From NCBI GenBank assembly GCA_011364905.1, contig RDNZ01000001.1, positions 64,001-128,000 of the forward strand: 64,000 nt of DNA. The letters are read 5' to 3'. The translations under genes and the position numbers were made by a program. The notes beneath the pieces are model-generated. The model made no database searches and was not told where the DNA came from. It saw only the letters and a list, made by a program, of their open reading frames with translations. This document shows positions 51,006 through 59,964 of the stretch, piece after piece. The first letter of the stretch is position 1; each line of letters begins with the position of its first letter. The DNA is from Candidatus Thorarchaeota archaeon (lineage in GTDB: Archaea; Asgardarchaeota; Thorarchaeia; Thorarchaeales; Thorarchaeaceae).

Positions 51006-51374
51006 GTGGTGAAATTATCGATGGAAAAGTTTCAGCGAACGGAAGCGATTCCGGAGCAATTGCGGTATGCTATGGTGCCAAAGCCGCTCCTGAAACGCTT
51101 CATCATTGGAAGGTCAATCCGGTGTGCTATATGCATAGCACTGGCGGGTTTAATGTTAGTGCCCCTCACTGTTTTACCTGGACTGATTCTCTTTGTGCTG
51201 CCAGCAGAGGTCACAGTAGTCTCCAAGATCCGCGATGAAACGGAGCTTATTCGATGGGTGAGATGCAATATGGTCTCTGGGGAATGTAACTGGGATGATG
51301 CAGAGTCTGAAACCGAATTGGCTCGAATCAGAGCTCATGACAGACCCAGTGTAACGCAGGGTTTTGCTCGATAA
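51006..51374 (+). CDS. Small hairpin-membrane protein, paralog A (start could be 51021 or 51072)
   Basis: Aligns by eye with 52549-52902 (ALAGL...PG...LP...KIxDET...W..AE...E.ARI.A...FxR). TATA at about 50973-50979. Confidence 0.75.
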   Translation: MVKLSMEKFQRTEAIPEQLRYAMVPKPLLKRFIIGRSIRCAICIALAGLMLVPLTVLPGLILFVLPAEVTVVSKIRDETELIRWVRCNMVSGECNWDDAESETELARIRAHDRPSVTQGFAR

Positions 51375-51391
51375 ACACGGTTGGTTGTTAG

Positions 51392-51419
51392 GGCACGGGG
51401 GTCCAGCTACTCTCGTGCC
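51392..51419 (+). terminator. GC-rich hairpin after paralog A
   Basis: GGCACGGGGG / CTCTCGTGCC stem between convergent genes. Confidence 0.5.
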
Positions 51420-51467
51420 GCCTTTGTCTAGGGGTTCGTCTTGGCTTACCTGTAATTTGATTGGCCG

Positions 51468-52358
51468 CTAAGAAAGGTAATCAATAAAGTCGAAAATTCG
51501 AAGAGCAATTTGACACTCATCACTTCCGGCTTGTGCGGCATCGGCAACGGTAATTTTACTATCGGATGAGAAGGCATTCTTCACAACTGGATGATTAGCA
51601 AAATCGCGAATCTTCTCTCCTCTCAAGTTCCGTTTCAAGCATTTCATCAGAGCTTTTTGGGAATAAGAGTCCCACGGATTCACTGTCAATGCCCACGAGA
51701 ATGAGTCGATTGCGGATTCGTAATTATCGTTCATCTCAAAAGCTATACCGTAACTACTCCAAGCATCGACTTCTTTCTCTTTGCGGAAACGTGGTTTCTT
51801 CCTCTGCTGAACATCAGTTTCATAATAATAGACTTGAAGTTCAAATTGATCTCCAAGTGCTTTCTGAAGCAACGCCTTAAGAGGACCCAAATAGGGATGA
51901 ATTGGTGCGATAAGAGCCTGAAGACTTTCAGTACGATTGACTTTGATATCGAGTTCATTTGGGATTTGCAGTCTAATTCTGTTTCGACCGAGGTTGATCC
52001 ATCCAACTTGTCCTGTAGGAGATTCGAATGTGATGCCCATTGCTGGATTGTACCTAAGTCTTGTAACATGCCCGGTTCTAAATGACATAGTCCATTTTGC
52101 TTCACCTTGCTCTACGGCAACATGGACTTCTGGATAGGAACATCGCTCATCTAGGGACATCGCCTCTTTGTGAGCCTTGGAAGCTTTCTTAGCATCATCA
52201 TTAAGCAAGTAAATGTCACCCATGAACATCATAGGGAGAGGATTGTTCGGTTCACGGTCTGAGAGTTCTTCGAATACCTCGAATGCATCATAGATGTCAC
52301 CGCGTCCCAGAAAAGCAAATCCATCATCTAAGGTTGGCTTCCCCAAATCATAACGCAC
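51468..52358 (-). CDS. TPR-repeat protein with central beta-rich insert
   Basis: N-terminal TPR pair (GFAFLGRGDIYDAFEVFEEL..P.NP...MGDIY) and C-terminal TPR (DAWSSYGIAFE...YESAIDSFSWALTVNP). Confidence 0.8.
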   Translation of the reverse strand: MRYDLGKPTLDDGFAFLGRGDIYDAFEVFEELSDREPNNPLPMMFMGDIYLLNDDAKKASKAHKEAMSLDERCSYPEVHVAVEQGEAKWTMSFRTGHVTRLRYNPAMGITFESPTGQVGWINLGRNRIRLQIPNELDIKVNRTESLQALIAPIHPYLGPLKALLQKALGDQFELQVYYYETDVQQRKKPRFRKEKEVDAWSSYGIAFEMNDNYESAIDSFSWALTVNPWDSYSQKALMKCLKRNLRGEKIRDFANHPVVKNAFSSDSKITVADAAQAGSDECQIALRIFDFIDYLS

Positions 52359-52548
52359 CCCAGTAAGGACTGGCGACTCTTGTGATATAAATTATAGGAA
52401 TCTCTTTTTCTGTCTCATGCCGTTTCCGTCTAACGTTTGGCGCTGGTCAAAGAATTTATATATGTTTGTGGCACTGGAACGATAGGTAAAAACGCATCGT
52501 TCCGGAATAACGGAACGATAAGTTCGGTATTCGCGTGGTGCTTACAAA

Positions 52549-52902
52549 ATGTATAATGCAAGAATCAAAACAAAAGACACAGATGACGTGACTCACATCG
52601 AGAGTCTGAGTTTCTCACTCAATCGGGTCATTGCGAATCGAGTAGCACACATGCTTGCTGCTCTTGCAGGTTTGGTAATTCTTGTTTACATGGTTGTACT
52701 TGTCCCAGGTGCAGTCGTGATTGCCTTACCAGGAGGAGTTTATGCAGCCGGCAAGATCTATGATGAAACTCGAATCATTCAGTATCTCCGATATGGAGAC
52801 CCAGTTGATCCCGGCGTATGGGAAAACGCAGAACTTTCCTCTGAGATGGCTAGAATAAAAGCATCGGAGAACAGAGATGCTTCTAGGCAGTTTTCACGAT
52901 GA
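52549..52902 (+). CDS. Small hairpin-membrane protein, paralog B
   Basis: Same motif series as paralog A; own TATA (TTTATATA, about 52455-52462). Confidence 0.78.
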   Translation: MYNARIKTKDTDDVTHIESLSFSLNRVIANRVAHMLAALAGLVILVYMVVLVPGAVVIALPGGVYAAGKIYDETRIIQYLRYGDPVDPGVWENAELSSEMARIKASENRDASRQFSR

Positions 52903-52956
52903 GCTGATGTCATGAGCGTTCTCTCTATCTTGACAAATGAATCATCTATCTCCACC

Positions 52957-52985
52957 GTGACCCCATCAACCTCTGGTGGGGTCAC
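52957..52985 (+). terminator. GC-rich hairpin after paralog B
   Basis: GTGACCCCATCA-ACCTC-TGGTGGGGTCAC (9 Watson-Crick pairs plus extension). Confidence 0.5.
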
Positions 52986-53014
52986 ACTCCTATTTAGAAA
53001 GAAGAGGTGTCGTA

Positions 53015-53968
53015 ATGAGCTGGCCAAGTAATTATCCGGACCCCGAAGACAATGATAGGAAACCCGCAGAAACAAGTGCTGCTGCGCCATCACCAAGTGG
53101 AATTTTAAAAGATTTCAAAGTAGGTTTTACGCTTGCTGTAAAGAACTTCCTGTCATTTGGACTTGCGATGCTAGGAATTATTCTGATAACAATACTACTC
53201 TTGCTACTAATCGTACTCTTCATACTGATCCCAATCCTCTTCACGTTGGGACTCCCATTCCTCATCCAACTTGTAGAAACAATTGCAACTGGATTTCAAA
53301 CTACAACAGGACTCACTCTCGTCATGCTAATCATGTTCCTGGTCCTACCAATTCTGGGACCCTTCTTCGTTGCACTTGGAGCGATATTTGGCATGGCACG
53401 GGAGCTTGTTGAAAGCGATGGAACTCAAGCAGAGAGTGCATTCTCATGGTACGGCAAAAGAGGGCTATCGCTTCTAGGAGGGGGCGCCATACACTTCCTA
53501 ATTACGCTTGCGCCGCTTGTAATTGCATTTCTGGCGATTTCCTATCCAACTTGGAATCCCCCTTCAGATGAGGAACTGCGAGTCATAATTCCGCTTATTG
53601 TTGTCTGGATCATTCTGGTCAATGGAATGTTATCTCTAACTTATCCTGGAATCATAGATGGACTGTCAGCAGTCAAAGCCGCTGGACGCTCTGTAAGGTT
53701 AGCCTGCCAATTCCCAGTGCGCGTATTAGGTGCGTGGTTGATCATTACTGTACTTGTGACTATTCCACTTATACCTGTCATCAACGAAGTTGCATTCCTC
53801 TGGGCCCCAATCATACCTTCGGATTTATTGGAGCCGTATGGTGCGTTGGCGATTCTTACACTACTCTTTGTTATCGTACCAGCTGTGTCCATCGTTCTGA
53901 CAAGAATCTACATGATTCTAACGGCAAAAGTCGATGCAACCTACACCCAAGGAGCTGATTCAACATGA
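53015..53968 (+). CDS. Polytopic membrane protein (about 6 TM)
   Basis: GAGGTG RBS before MSWPSN; SAVKAAGRSVRL resembles the A...S..L motif of glycerophosphodiesterase membrane-domain-like proteins; ATGA overlap with the next gene. Confidence 0.72.
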   Translation: MSWPSNYPDPEDNDRKPAETSAAAPSPSGILKDFKVGFTLAVKNFLSFGLAMLGIILITILLLLLIVLFILIPILFTLGLPFLIQLVETIATGFQTTTGLTLVMLIMFLVLPILGPFFVALGAIFGMARELVESDGTQAESAFSWYGKRGLSLLGGGAIHFLITLAPLVIAFLAISYPTWNPPSDEELRVIIPLIVVWIILVNGMLSLTYPGIIDGLSAVKAAGRSVRLACQFPVRVLGAWLIITVLVTIPLIPVINEVAFLWAPIIPSDLLEPYGALAILTLLFVIVPAVSIVLTRIYMILTAKVDATYTQGADST

Positions 53969-54612
53969 ATCCAAAAGTATCCCACCCACGAATCAAGGAG
54001 TTCGAGGTCGTGACAAATCCAAAGATTATCAAACTCCTATTAGATGGAACCCGGAAGGATATCGTTTTCAACTACCTCGTGAACGAGCCCATGACAGTCA
54101 AGCAGCTTTCTGATGCCATGAAAAAGAAACCAGGTACAGTGCTGCATCATGTCCAGAAGTTGAAAAACGCAGGGATCATCCAACTCGTTGAAACCCGTGA
54201 AACACCGAGGGGGATTGTCGAAAGGTATTATCGAGCAGTGGCAAGAGAATTTCGCCTTGGAATCAGCGAGAGAATGAGTGCATACGACGATGACACAGTG
54301 GCATCAAAGGATAGGGTACGAGCAGCGCTTCTGGGTCTATCAACACTTGGTATACATATCTCAGAATCAGACTTCGAACACGCGCATGATCTCCTTCAGA
54401 GACTAATAGACAGAGAGGCCGAGGTAGCGAAAGTTTACGACTCCCCGAGCAATCATGCTTTTCAGAGTCTGCCCCCATCCACACGCTATGATGTGTCCTA
54501 TAGAATGTCACAATTCTTGCTCTCTCAAGATGCGCTATATAGGAAGACGCTCTCAGATTGGCATGACCTAATATCGCATTACTTGAGGAAAATCGAATCG
54601 GAGATGGTGTGA
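53965..54612 (+). CDS. ArsR-like winged-helix transcriptional regulator
   Basis: PMTVKQLSDAM...GTVLHHVQKLKNAGIIQLVETRE..GIVERYYRA. Confidence 0.88.
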   Translation: MNPKVSHPRIKEFEVVTNPKIIKLLLDGTRKDIVFNYLVNEPMTVKQLSDAMKKKPGTVLHHVQKLKNAGIIQLVETRETPRGIVERYYRAVAREFRLGISERMSAYDDDTVASKDRVRAALLGLSTLGIHISESDFEHAHDLLQRLIDREAEVAKVYDSPSNHAFQSLPPSTRYDVSYRMSQFLLSQDALYRKTLSDWHDLISHYLRKIESEMV

Positions 54613-55503
54613 GTGGCAATCGACTTCATTCTTGGTATAGGATTGGCACGAATCATTGCAGTTGTATTGCCAATTGTCGCGGTGGGCATATTCTATGTGT
54701 TTAACACCAGGTTCAGAGATAGGTCTGAAGGCAAGGCAAGGAAGTATCTCTCATATCTTGTGGTTCCGCCCCGATTGCACATTGATGGCCCCAATAAGTC
54801 ATGGAGAAGAGATAAGGTTAGACTGTATTTCTACTATCTTGCAGTTGTTTTGTTCTTGGCCAGCTTCTTGATTGGAGAGTTCTACCAGGTCATGTTTGAC
54901 TTGCTCCTTCCTGTTACCCAAGGCAGTACAGGAGACGCAAGAATTGTAACTGATGTGCTTTTCACAAGTCTATTCAGTGCTGGCTGGATTGGGTCCCTTC
55001 CCTGGATGGGACTTGTAACCTATCATGAAACCTGGAGTTGGATACTCTTTACCGCAGCTTTCACAGACAACCCTGGTTTTTTGATCTCAGTGATTCCAAC
55101 TTTGGTGGGAACATCCATCGTGGGTGGACTTGCTTTCTTAGTACCTCTTGTAATCAGAAAGATAAGGCAATCATTTCTCTCCTCAATGTTCTTCTTCACA
55201 ACAGGCATGGCTGTTTTTTCGAAAGCAACAATTAGTTGTCTTGCCTATGCTTGTGCTCTCCAGTTCGGAAAAGTAGAATTGGTGTATTTTGGAATAACAG
55301 CCACAGGAGATATGATCCCCGGTTTAGTCAGTGTCATAGCTGCCACATTTACACTCGCTCTTGCGATGTTCACACTATTCGTCTTGCTGGGACGAAAATT
55401 GTGGATGGTCTACTATACTGACTCCAAATCTAAGACTTGGTTCACTGTTTTCATCACTTTGAGTTACTGGTTAGGCTTTGTAATTACAATGATGGTGGTG
55501 TAA
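54613..55503 (+). CDS. Hypothetical polytopic membrane protein
   Basis: GTG start immediately after the upstream TGA, in frame; 6-7 hydrophobic segments. Confidence 0.72.
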   Translation: MAIDFILGIGLARIIAVVLPIVAVGIFYVFNTRFRDRSEGKARKYLSYLVVPPRLHIDGPNKSWRRDKVRLYFYYLAVVLFLASFLIGEFYQVMFDLLLPVTQGSTGDARIVTDVLFTSLFSAGWIGSLPWMGLVTYHETWSWILFTAAFTDNPGFLISVIPTLVGTSIVGGLAFLVPLVIRKIRQSFLSSMFFFTTGMAVFSKATISCLAYACALQFGKVELVYFGITATGDMIPGLVSVIAATFTLALAMFTLFVLLGRKLWMVYYTDSKSKTWFTVFITLSYWLGFVITMMVV

Positions 55504-55508
55504 TCAAT

Positions 55509-56702
55509 ATGGATACTAGACAGAACTTGTTGTTCGCTATGTGCATCGTAATTCTCATGATTCAGTTCGTTCCGGTCAGCGGTGTCTCATTAGCACAAAC
55601 AGATACGGATAGGGACTATTGGCCAACTGATGAGTGGCTCGTATCGACACCAAGTGCCCACGGATTAGACAATGACATCCTAAATCAGATTGATAATTCG
55701 ATTTCTGAAAACAATATTCACCTAGATTCTGTCATTATCGTAAGCGAGGGATACATTGTCTATGAGAAGTACTACAATACATGGACTCAATACATGGCAC
55801 ATACAATTCAATCCTGCACAAAGAGCTTCATGTCTGCCCTTATCGGGATTGCAATTGACAAAGGGTATATTGACAACGTGAGTCAGCGCGTTCTCGATTT
55901 CTTCCCCAATTACACTATTGACAATTGGGATCCCAGGAAAGAAAACATCACAATTGAAAACCTTCTTACAATGTCTTCAGGCCTCGAATTTCACGAGGTT
56001 GACATCCCGTATTCGGACCCGTTAAACGATTTGTTCGCTATGTATCGTAGCAATAACATGTGGCAGTATGTATTGAATAGACCCATGGAAAACGATCCAG
56101 GCGTTCAGTGGTCATATAACTCAGGAGGCATAGAACTCCTAGCAGGAATTATAGAGCAAGCAACAGGATATAGTATTGTGGACTTTGCAGAAGAATTCTT
56201 ATTCGACCCAATAGGTATTGATTACTTCACATGGTGGAATGTTCCAGCGAGCGGTCAATATGGATGCAGTGGGGGATTGTATCTCAAACCAAGAGATATG
56301 GCTCGTTTCGGGTATCTCTACCTGAATGAAGGAAGATGGAACGGTACACAGGTTATTTCCTCAGAATGGGTTAATGTTTCAACCCAGATGTATTATGACA
56401 CCGGGTCTTGGTATCACTATGGATATACATGGTGGGGTGTTCCAGGTTTTAACTTCTATGAAGCAACAGGGCATTACGAGCAGAAAATCTATGTCTTACC
56501 CGCTGAGGATATCGTAGTGGTTTTCACTGGCGATATAGCTGATGAAGACTGGCATCCGACTGACTACTTTGTCATGCAATATGTACTCACTGCAAGTGAG
56601 GAAAGCGGGCATCTGGACAGTCTGTTCGTCATCAATCTTTCTCTTCTAGTGGTTGTTGTTCTACCAGTTCCACTACTTGTGATACGACGAAGATATCACT
56701 GA
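55509..56702 (+). CDS. Membrane-anchored serine hydrolase (beta-lactamase class C / AmpC-like)
   Basis: Signal peptide, SCTK (SxxK), LLTMSSG, YNS, RDMARFG, C-terminal TM plus RRRYH. Confidence 0.9.
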   Translation: MDTRQNLLFAMCIVILMIQFVPVSGVSLAQTDTDRDYWPTDEWLVSTPSAHGLDNDILNQIDNSISENNIHLDSVIIVSEGYIVYEKYYNTWTQYMAHTIQSCTKSFMSALIGIAIDKGYIDNVSQRVLDFFPNYTIDNWDPRKENITIENLLTMSSGLEFHEVDIPYSDPLNDLFAMYRSNNMWQYVLNRPMENDPGVQWSYNSGGIELLAGIIEQATGYSIVDFAEEFLFDPIGIDYFTWWNVPASGQYGCSGGLYLKPRDMARFGYLYLNEGRWNGTQVISSEWVNVSTQMYYDTGSWYHYGYTWWGVPGFNFYEATGHYEQKIYVLPAEDIVVVFTGDIADEDWHPTDYFVMQYVLTASEESGHLDSLFVINLSLLVVVVLPVPLLVIRRRYH

Positions 56703-56855
56703 CAGCGCAATCTGATGCAATGACAGTAGCCTTAATGAAAACTATTGACAGGAGTCGAGTCAAAAGGCTCACTTGCCTTCTAAGAACAAGGTCATGAGTT
56801 TCATATGAATGCAATTCACTTGAAACGTTTTTCTGGAATCGTAAAAGAACAGGAG

Positions 56856-56883
56856 TCGGGCCCCTCCAAGAGAAGGAACCCGA
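56856..56883 (-). terminator. Hairpin terminator after ssb
   Basis: Minus strand TCGGGTTCCTTC-TCTT-GGAGGGGCCCGA followed by TGTTCTTTT. Confidence 0.6.
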
Positions 56884-56908
56884 AAAGCGATTTTTTGATG
56901 AATCTTAT

Positions 56909-57448
56909 TCAATATCTACGACGTCTGTCGCGGCCACCGTAGCTGCCACCACGGCGATCTCTTCTATCACGGTATCCACCGCCACCATAGCCGCCGCCGC
57001 CGCCGCCGCCACCGTAGCCACCATAACCGCCACCGCCACCACGGCCGCCACCATAGCTTCGACGACGGGTGTCTTCGTGCTCTTCAGCACTCATGTCAAC
57101 TTCTTCGTTGATCTCTTCAATGGCTTCCTCAGCCTCAGCAACCTCACCGTACTTTCCGATATTGAGTCGGAGGTTTCCGCGGAACAGACCTGTGTAACCG
57201 TTTTTCAGTGTGTAGGTAGTTCCTGCCTTCATATCATCAATAGAGGCGTCCCACAAAGGCACTTGGACAGTACCCGTTGAATCACCAACTGTTGCGTCAG
57301 CCACGCGGTGGCTCTCTCCATCTCTTCGAGATGTGACTTCACGCGCTTCTCCAGTAGCAATCACTTTGAAAGTGATTGTTACATTTTTCATTCGTGGCTT
57401 TAACTCAGCCACTGTAGCCTCAATAGGCTCGCTTTCTGCGTAACTCAT
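56909..57448 (-). CDS. ssb: Single OB-fold single-stranded nucleic-acid-binding protein (crenarchaeal SSB / hSSB1-like) with Gly/Arg/Tyr tail
   Basis: VAELKP...VTITFKV...VADATVGDSTGTV..PLW...NGYTGLFRGNLRLNIGKYG, followed by an RGG/YGG tail. Confidence 0.88.
   Translation of the reverse strand: MSYAESEPIEATVAELKPRMKNVTITFKVIATGEAREVTSRRDGESHRVADATVGDSTGTVQVPLWDASIDDMKAGTTYTLKNGYTGLFRGNLRLNIGKYGEVAEAEEAIEEINEEVDMSAEEHEDTRRRSYGGGRGGGGGYGGYGGGGGGGGYGGGGYRDRRDRRGGSYGGRDRRRRY
56990..57010. repeat. (GCC)7 trinucleotide run encoding poly-Gly in the SSB tail
   Basis: Seen directly in the sequence. Confidence 0.9.
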
Positions 57449-57674
57449 CGTATATTCTCTCGCTTTTGCGAATAACAGGTCAAACAAAAACAGGGTGTTC
57501 TTCAGTGGGCATGTGTGTAATCGTAATAGACCCCTCACGGGCCACGTTTCGAAATCGCCTAGTACTTGGTATACCTGTGTGTTCTTGTGATAGATGTACC
57601 CTTAAGAACTTGTGCACAGGGGTCTTTTATTGCTTTTAAAAACATTCAAAAAGTATGAAGCAATTTAATTAGCA

Positions 57675-58661
57675 ATGAATGGAAATCGAAAGATCCTTGC
57701 AGGAATTGTCGCAACGATAGTAGTTGTGGTTCTTGTCGTTGTTAGTATGAATCAAATACCTCCGCCACAGAATGCGAACCTTACGGACTTCCCCGACTTC
57801 TACACAAAGAATGAAGACTATTACATTACGAGAATCGATGGTGTGCCAAATGTCAATCGGGACACGTATCGACTTGAAATAACTGGCCTTGTTGATAATC
57901 CTCGTTCTTTCACTCTCGAAGAGTTGCAGGCTTTGAATCTAACCGATTTACCTCTCACCATAGAGTGTATTGGTAACACCAAAAATGGAAAACTGGTGTC
58001 CACTGCTATTTGGAGGGGATTTAATGTCTATGATCTGTTGGATTCATTAGGAATTTCAGGAAGCGCAACGGGAGTCAAGTACACTGCTGCTGATGGGTAT
58101 TATGCATCACATACTATGAACCAGCTGCAAAACAACGGTGTTCTTGGAGCACTGTATATGAACGGTGTAGAGCTACCTCCAGTTCAGGGATTTCCATTGC
58201 GAATTCTTAACCCGGGGTACTATGGGATTAAACAGCCGGCATGGGTTATTGGGATAGAGGTAATTGATACGCCTCTGGAAGACTATTGGCAAGATCGCGG
58301 ATGGGACACGTCCCCACCCATAGATATTGATTCTAAGATTTTCTTTCCTACTAGCTACGTAAGAATCAATGTGAGCGAATCCCTCAGAATCGGTGGTTGT
58401 GCGTTTGGCGGGACTCGCGTTAAGCTAGTGGAATACACAACAGACGATGGAGCAACGTGGCATAATGCGCCTATAATTCAGCAAATCGACGCAGATAACG
58501 TGTGGGTATTTTGGGAGGTTTACGTGAGTTTTTCAACAGCGGGAAGCTACTCCTTTCAGACCAGAGCAACAGACATCAATGATAATCAACAGATTCAAGT
58601 AGACCCTGACCCGCTCGACGGAACCAGTAGCTGGCCACTTCTCATCATTGATGTGACTTAG
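57675..58661 (+). CDS. Sulfite-oxidase-family molybdopterin oxidoreductase with N-terminal membrane anchor
   Basis: TIECIGN (Mo-ligating Cys), AADGY, MNGVELP..QGFPLR, GYYGIKQPAW, C-terminal Ig-like dimerization domain. Confidence 0.9.
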   Translation: MNGNRKILAGIVATIVVVVLVVVSMNQIPPPQNANLTDFPDFYTKNEDYYITRIDGVPNVNRDTYRLEITGLVDNPRSFTLEELQALNLTDLPLTIECIGNTKNGKLVSTAIWRGFNVYDLLDSLGISGSATGVKYTAADGYYASHTMNQLQNNGVLGALYMNGVELPPVQGFPLRILNPGYYGIKQPAWVIGIEVIDTPLEDYWQDRGWDTSPPIDIDSKIFFPTSYVRINVSESLRIGGCAFGGTRVKLVEYTTDDGATWHNAPIIQQIDADNVWVFWEVYVSFSTAGSYSFQTRATDINDNQQIQVDPDPLDGTSSWPLLIIDVT

Positions 58662-58712
58662 CAAGAAGAACAGTAGTAGGAAGCAACTTGCAGGTGTTGT
58701 AACTTGAAGAGC

Positions 58713-59087
58713 ATGAAGATCTATGTTGCTGGACCCTACACAGGACAGACCAAGGAAGAGATTGAAGAGAATGTCCGAAAGGCTATGGAAGCAGGTCTCA
58801 GAATATGGAAAAAGGGACATTTCCCCTACATCCCCCATCTCACTCATTGGCCGGATATTCTCGCAAAGGAACTCGGAATTGATATGGATTGGCCTGATTA
58901 TATGAACTGGCACGCACCATGGGTCGACCACTGTGATGCATTGTTCCTGCTCGCTGAGTCGAAGGGAGCTCTATTGGAACTGAATCGAGTAAAGGAACAA
59001 GGTAAAACAGTCTTCCATACACTGGAGGAAATTCCAACTGTAGACAGATCCTTGACTTGGGCTCACGAATATGTAAATGAAAAATAA
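58713..59087 (+). CDS. DUF4406/DUF1937 nucleoside-deoxyribosyltransferase-like protein
   Basis: MKIYVAGPYTG, GH.PY.PH, CDAL, SKGA..E. Confidence 0.78.
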   Translation: MKIYVAGPYTGQTKEEIEENVRKAMEAGLRIWKKGHFPYIPHLTHWPDILAKELGIDMDWPDYMNWHAPWVDHCDALFLLAESKGALLELNRVKEQGKTVFHTLEEIPTVDRSLTWAHEYVNEK

Positions 59088-59132
59088 TGGGATGAGAGGG
59101 TGTAGATTATCTCTTTCCCTCTCTTGGATTCT

Positions 59133-59309
59133 TCAATCTGCTACTTGGCTCAGTCCTGCAAGACCAAGACAGAAGACTGCAATTCCGACCAATATGATAT
59201 CAACAGGCTGGCCAAGAATTGGCAATATTACAGTCGCTACGCCCATGGCTAGAGCCACTGCGTATAGAATGAATAGAATGATTTTGGTAGGTGACATGTT
59301 TTCTGACAT
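59133..59309 (-). CDS. 58-aa two-TM microprotein (below the ORF-track cutoff)
   Basis: MSENMSPTKIILFILYAVALAMGVATVILPILGQPVDIILVGIAVFCLGLAGLSQVAD*; AGGAG RBS upstream. Confidence 0.72.
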   Translation of the reverse strand: MSENMSPTKIILFILYAVALAMGVATVILPILGQPVDIILVGIAVFCLGLAGLSQVAD

Positions 59310-59437
59310 TAATCAAGTTCTCTCCTATTCTGGTTGTCAGTAGCACTGACGTAGTGAGGGTGACATCTCCTATTTATTAGTCTTCCATTCAAAATGCCTC
59401 GATAAGTTATTGTATTGGAGTTTATTATATTCCTGAA

Positions 59438-59899
59438 ATGGAGATTCTAACTTTGTCTGAGAGGAGTCGTGAACAAAGATTCGATGAAGTATATCAGGTG
59501 ATTCTGATTGTTGTTGCCCTTTCATTCGACATTCTATGGACATCTGGACATTTCCCGTTAGCTGAGATAGCTGTCTTCATGTGGATCCTTGCTTTCTGGG
59601 CCTTCGGGAACCTCAAGGGAGGCATTTGGGAGTATCCTCTAAAGGTGGGCAGTTTCAATCTGTCGATTACATTGTTGACTTATTTCTACATGGTTGGAGT
59701 TTTCGGAGATATTGCAGCGCTAGGTCTATTGGAGAATCTCCTAATCATCATTTTACTCCCAGGTCTGTGTTTGATTATATCGCTAGTCTTAATGTCCTAT
59801 CTGCGAGAAGCAGTGGACCGTGTTATTGCTTTGCCTGTCTTGATTGGTGGGACTTTGGGTTATGTTTTTTCGATATGGGCCGTGCTTTTTCTCGGATAA
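59438..59899 (+). CDS. Hypothetical membrane protein (5 TM)
   Basis: Hydrophobic throughout; fills the gap. Confidence 0.7.
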   Translation: MEILTLSERSREQRFDEVYQVILIVVALSFDILWTSGHFPLAEIAVFMWILAFWAFGNLKGGIWEYPLKVGSFNLSITLLTYFYMVGVFGDIAALGLLENLLIIILLPGLCLIISLVLMSYLREAVDRVIALPVLIGGTLGYVFSIWAVLFLG

Positions 59900-59909
59900 T
59901 CAGCGATGA

Positions 59910-59946
59910 CTAACATACGTTAGCTTAATAACTAACAGGTGTTAGT
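59910..59946. promoter_or_regulatory. Two CTAAC-N4-GTTAG palindromes flanking the TATA box; probable TetR operators
   Basis: 59910-59923 and 59932-59945, 22 bp apart, with CTTAATA between them, directly upstream of the TetR gene. Confidence 0.8.
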
Positions 59947-59964
59947 AGATGCACGGGTTGTGCT

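Noticed and set aside
59077-59343. 88-aa plus-strand ORF
   Set aside because: Antisense to a more plausible two-TM microprotein with an RBS.
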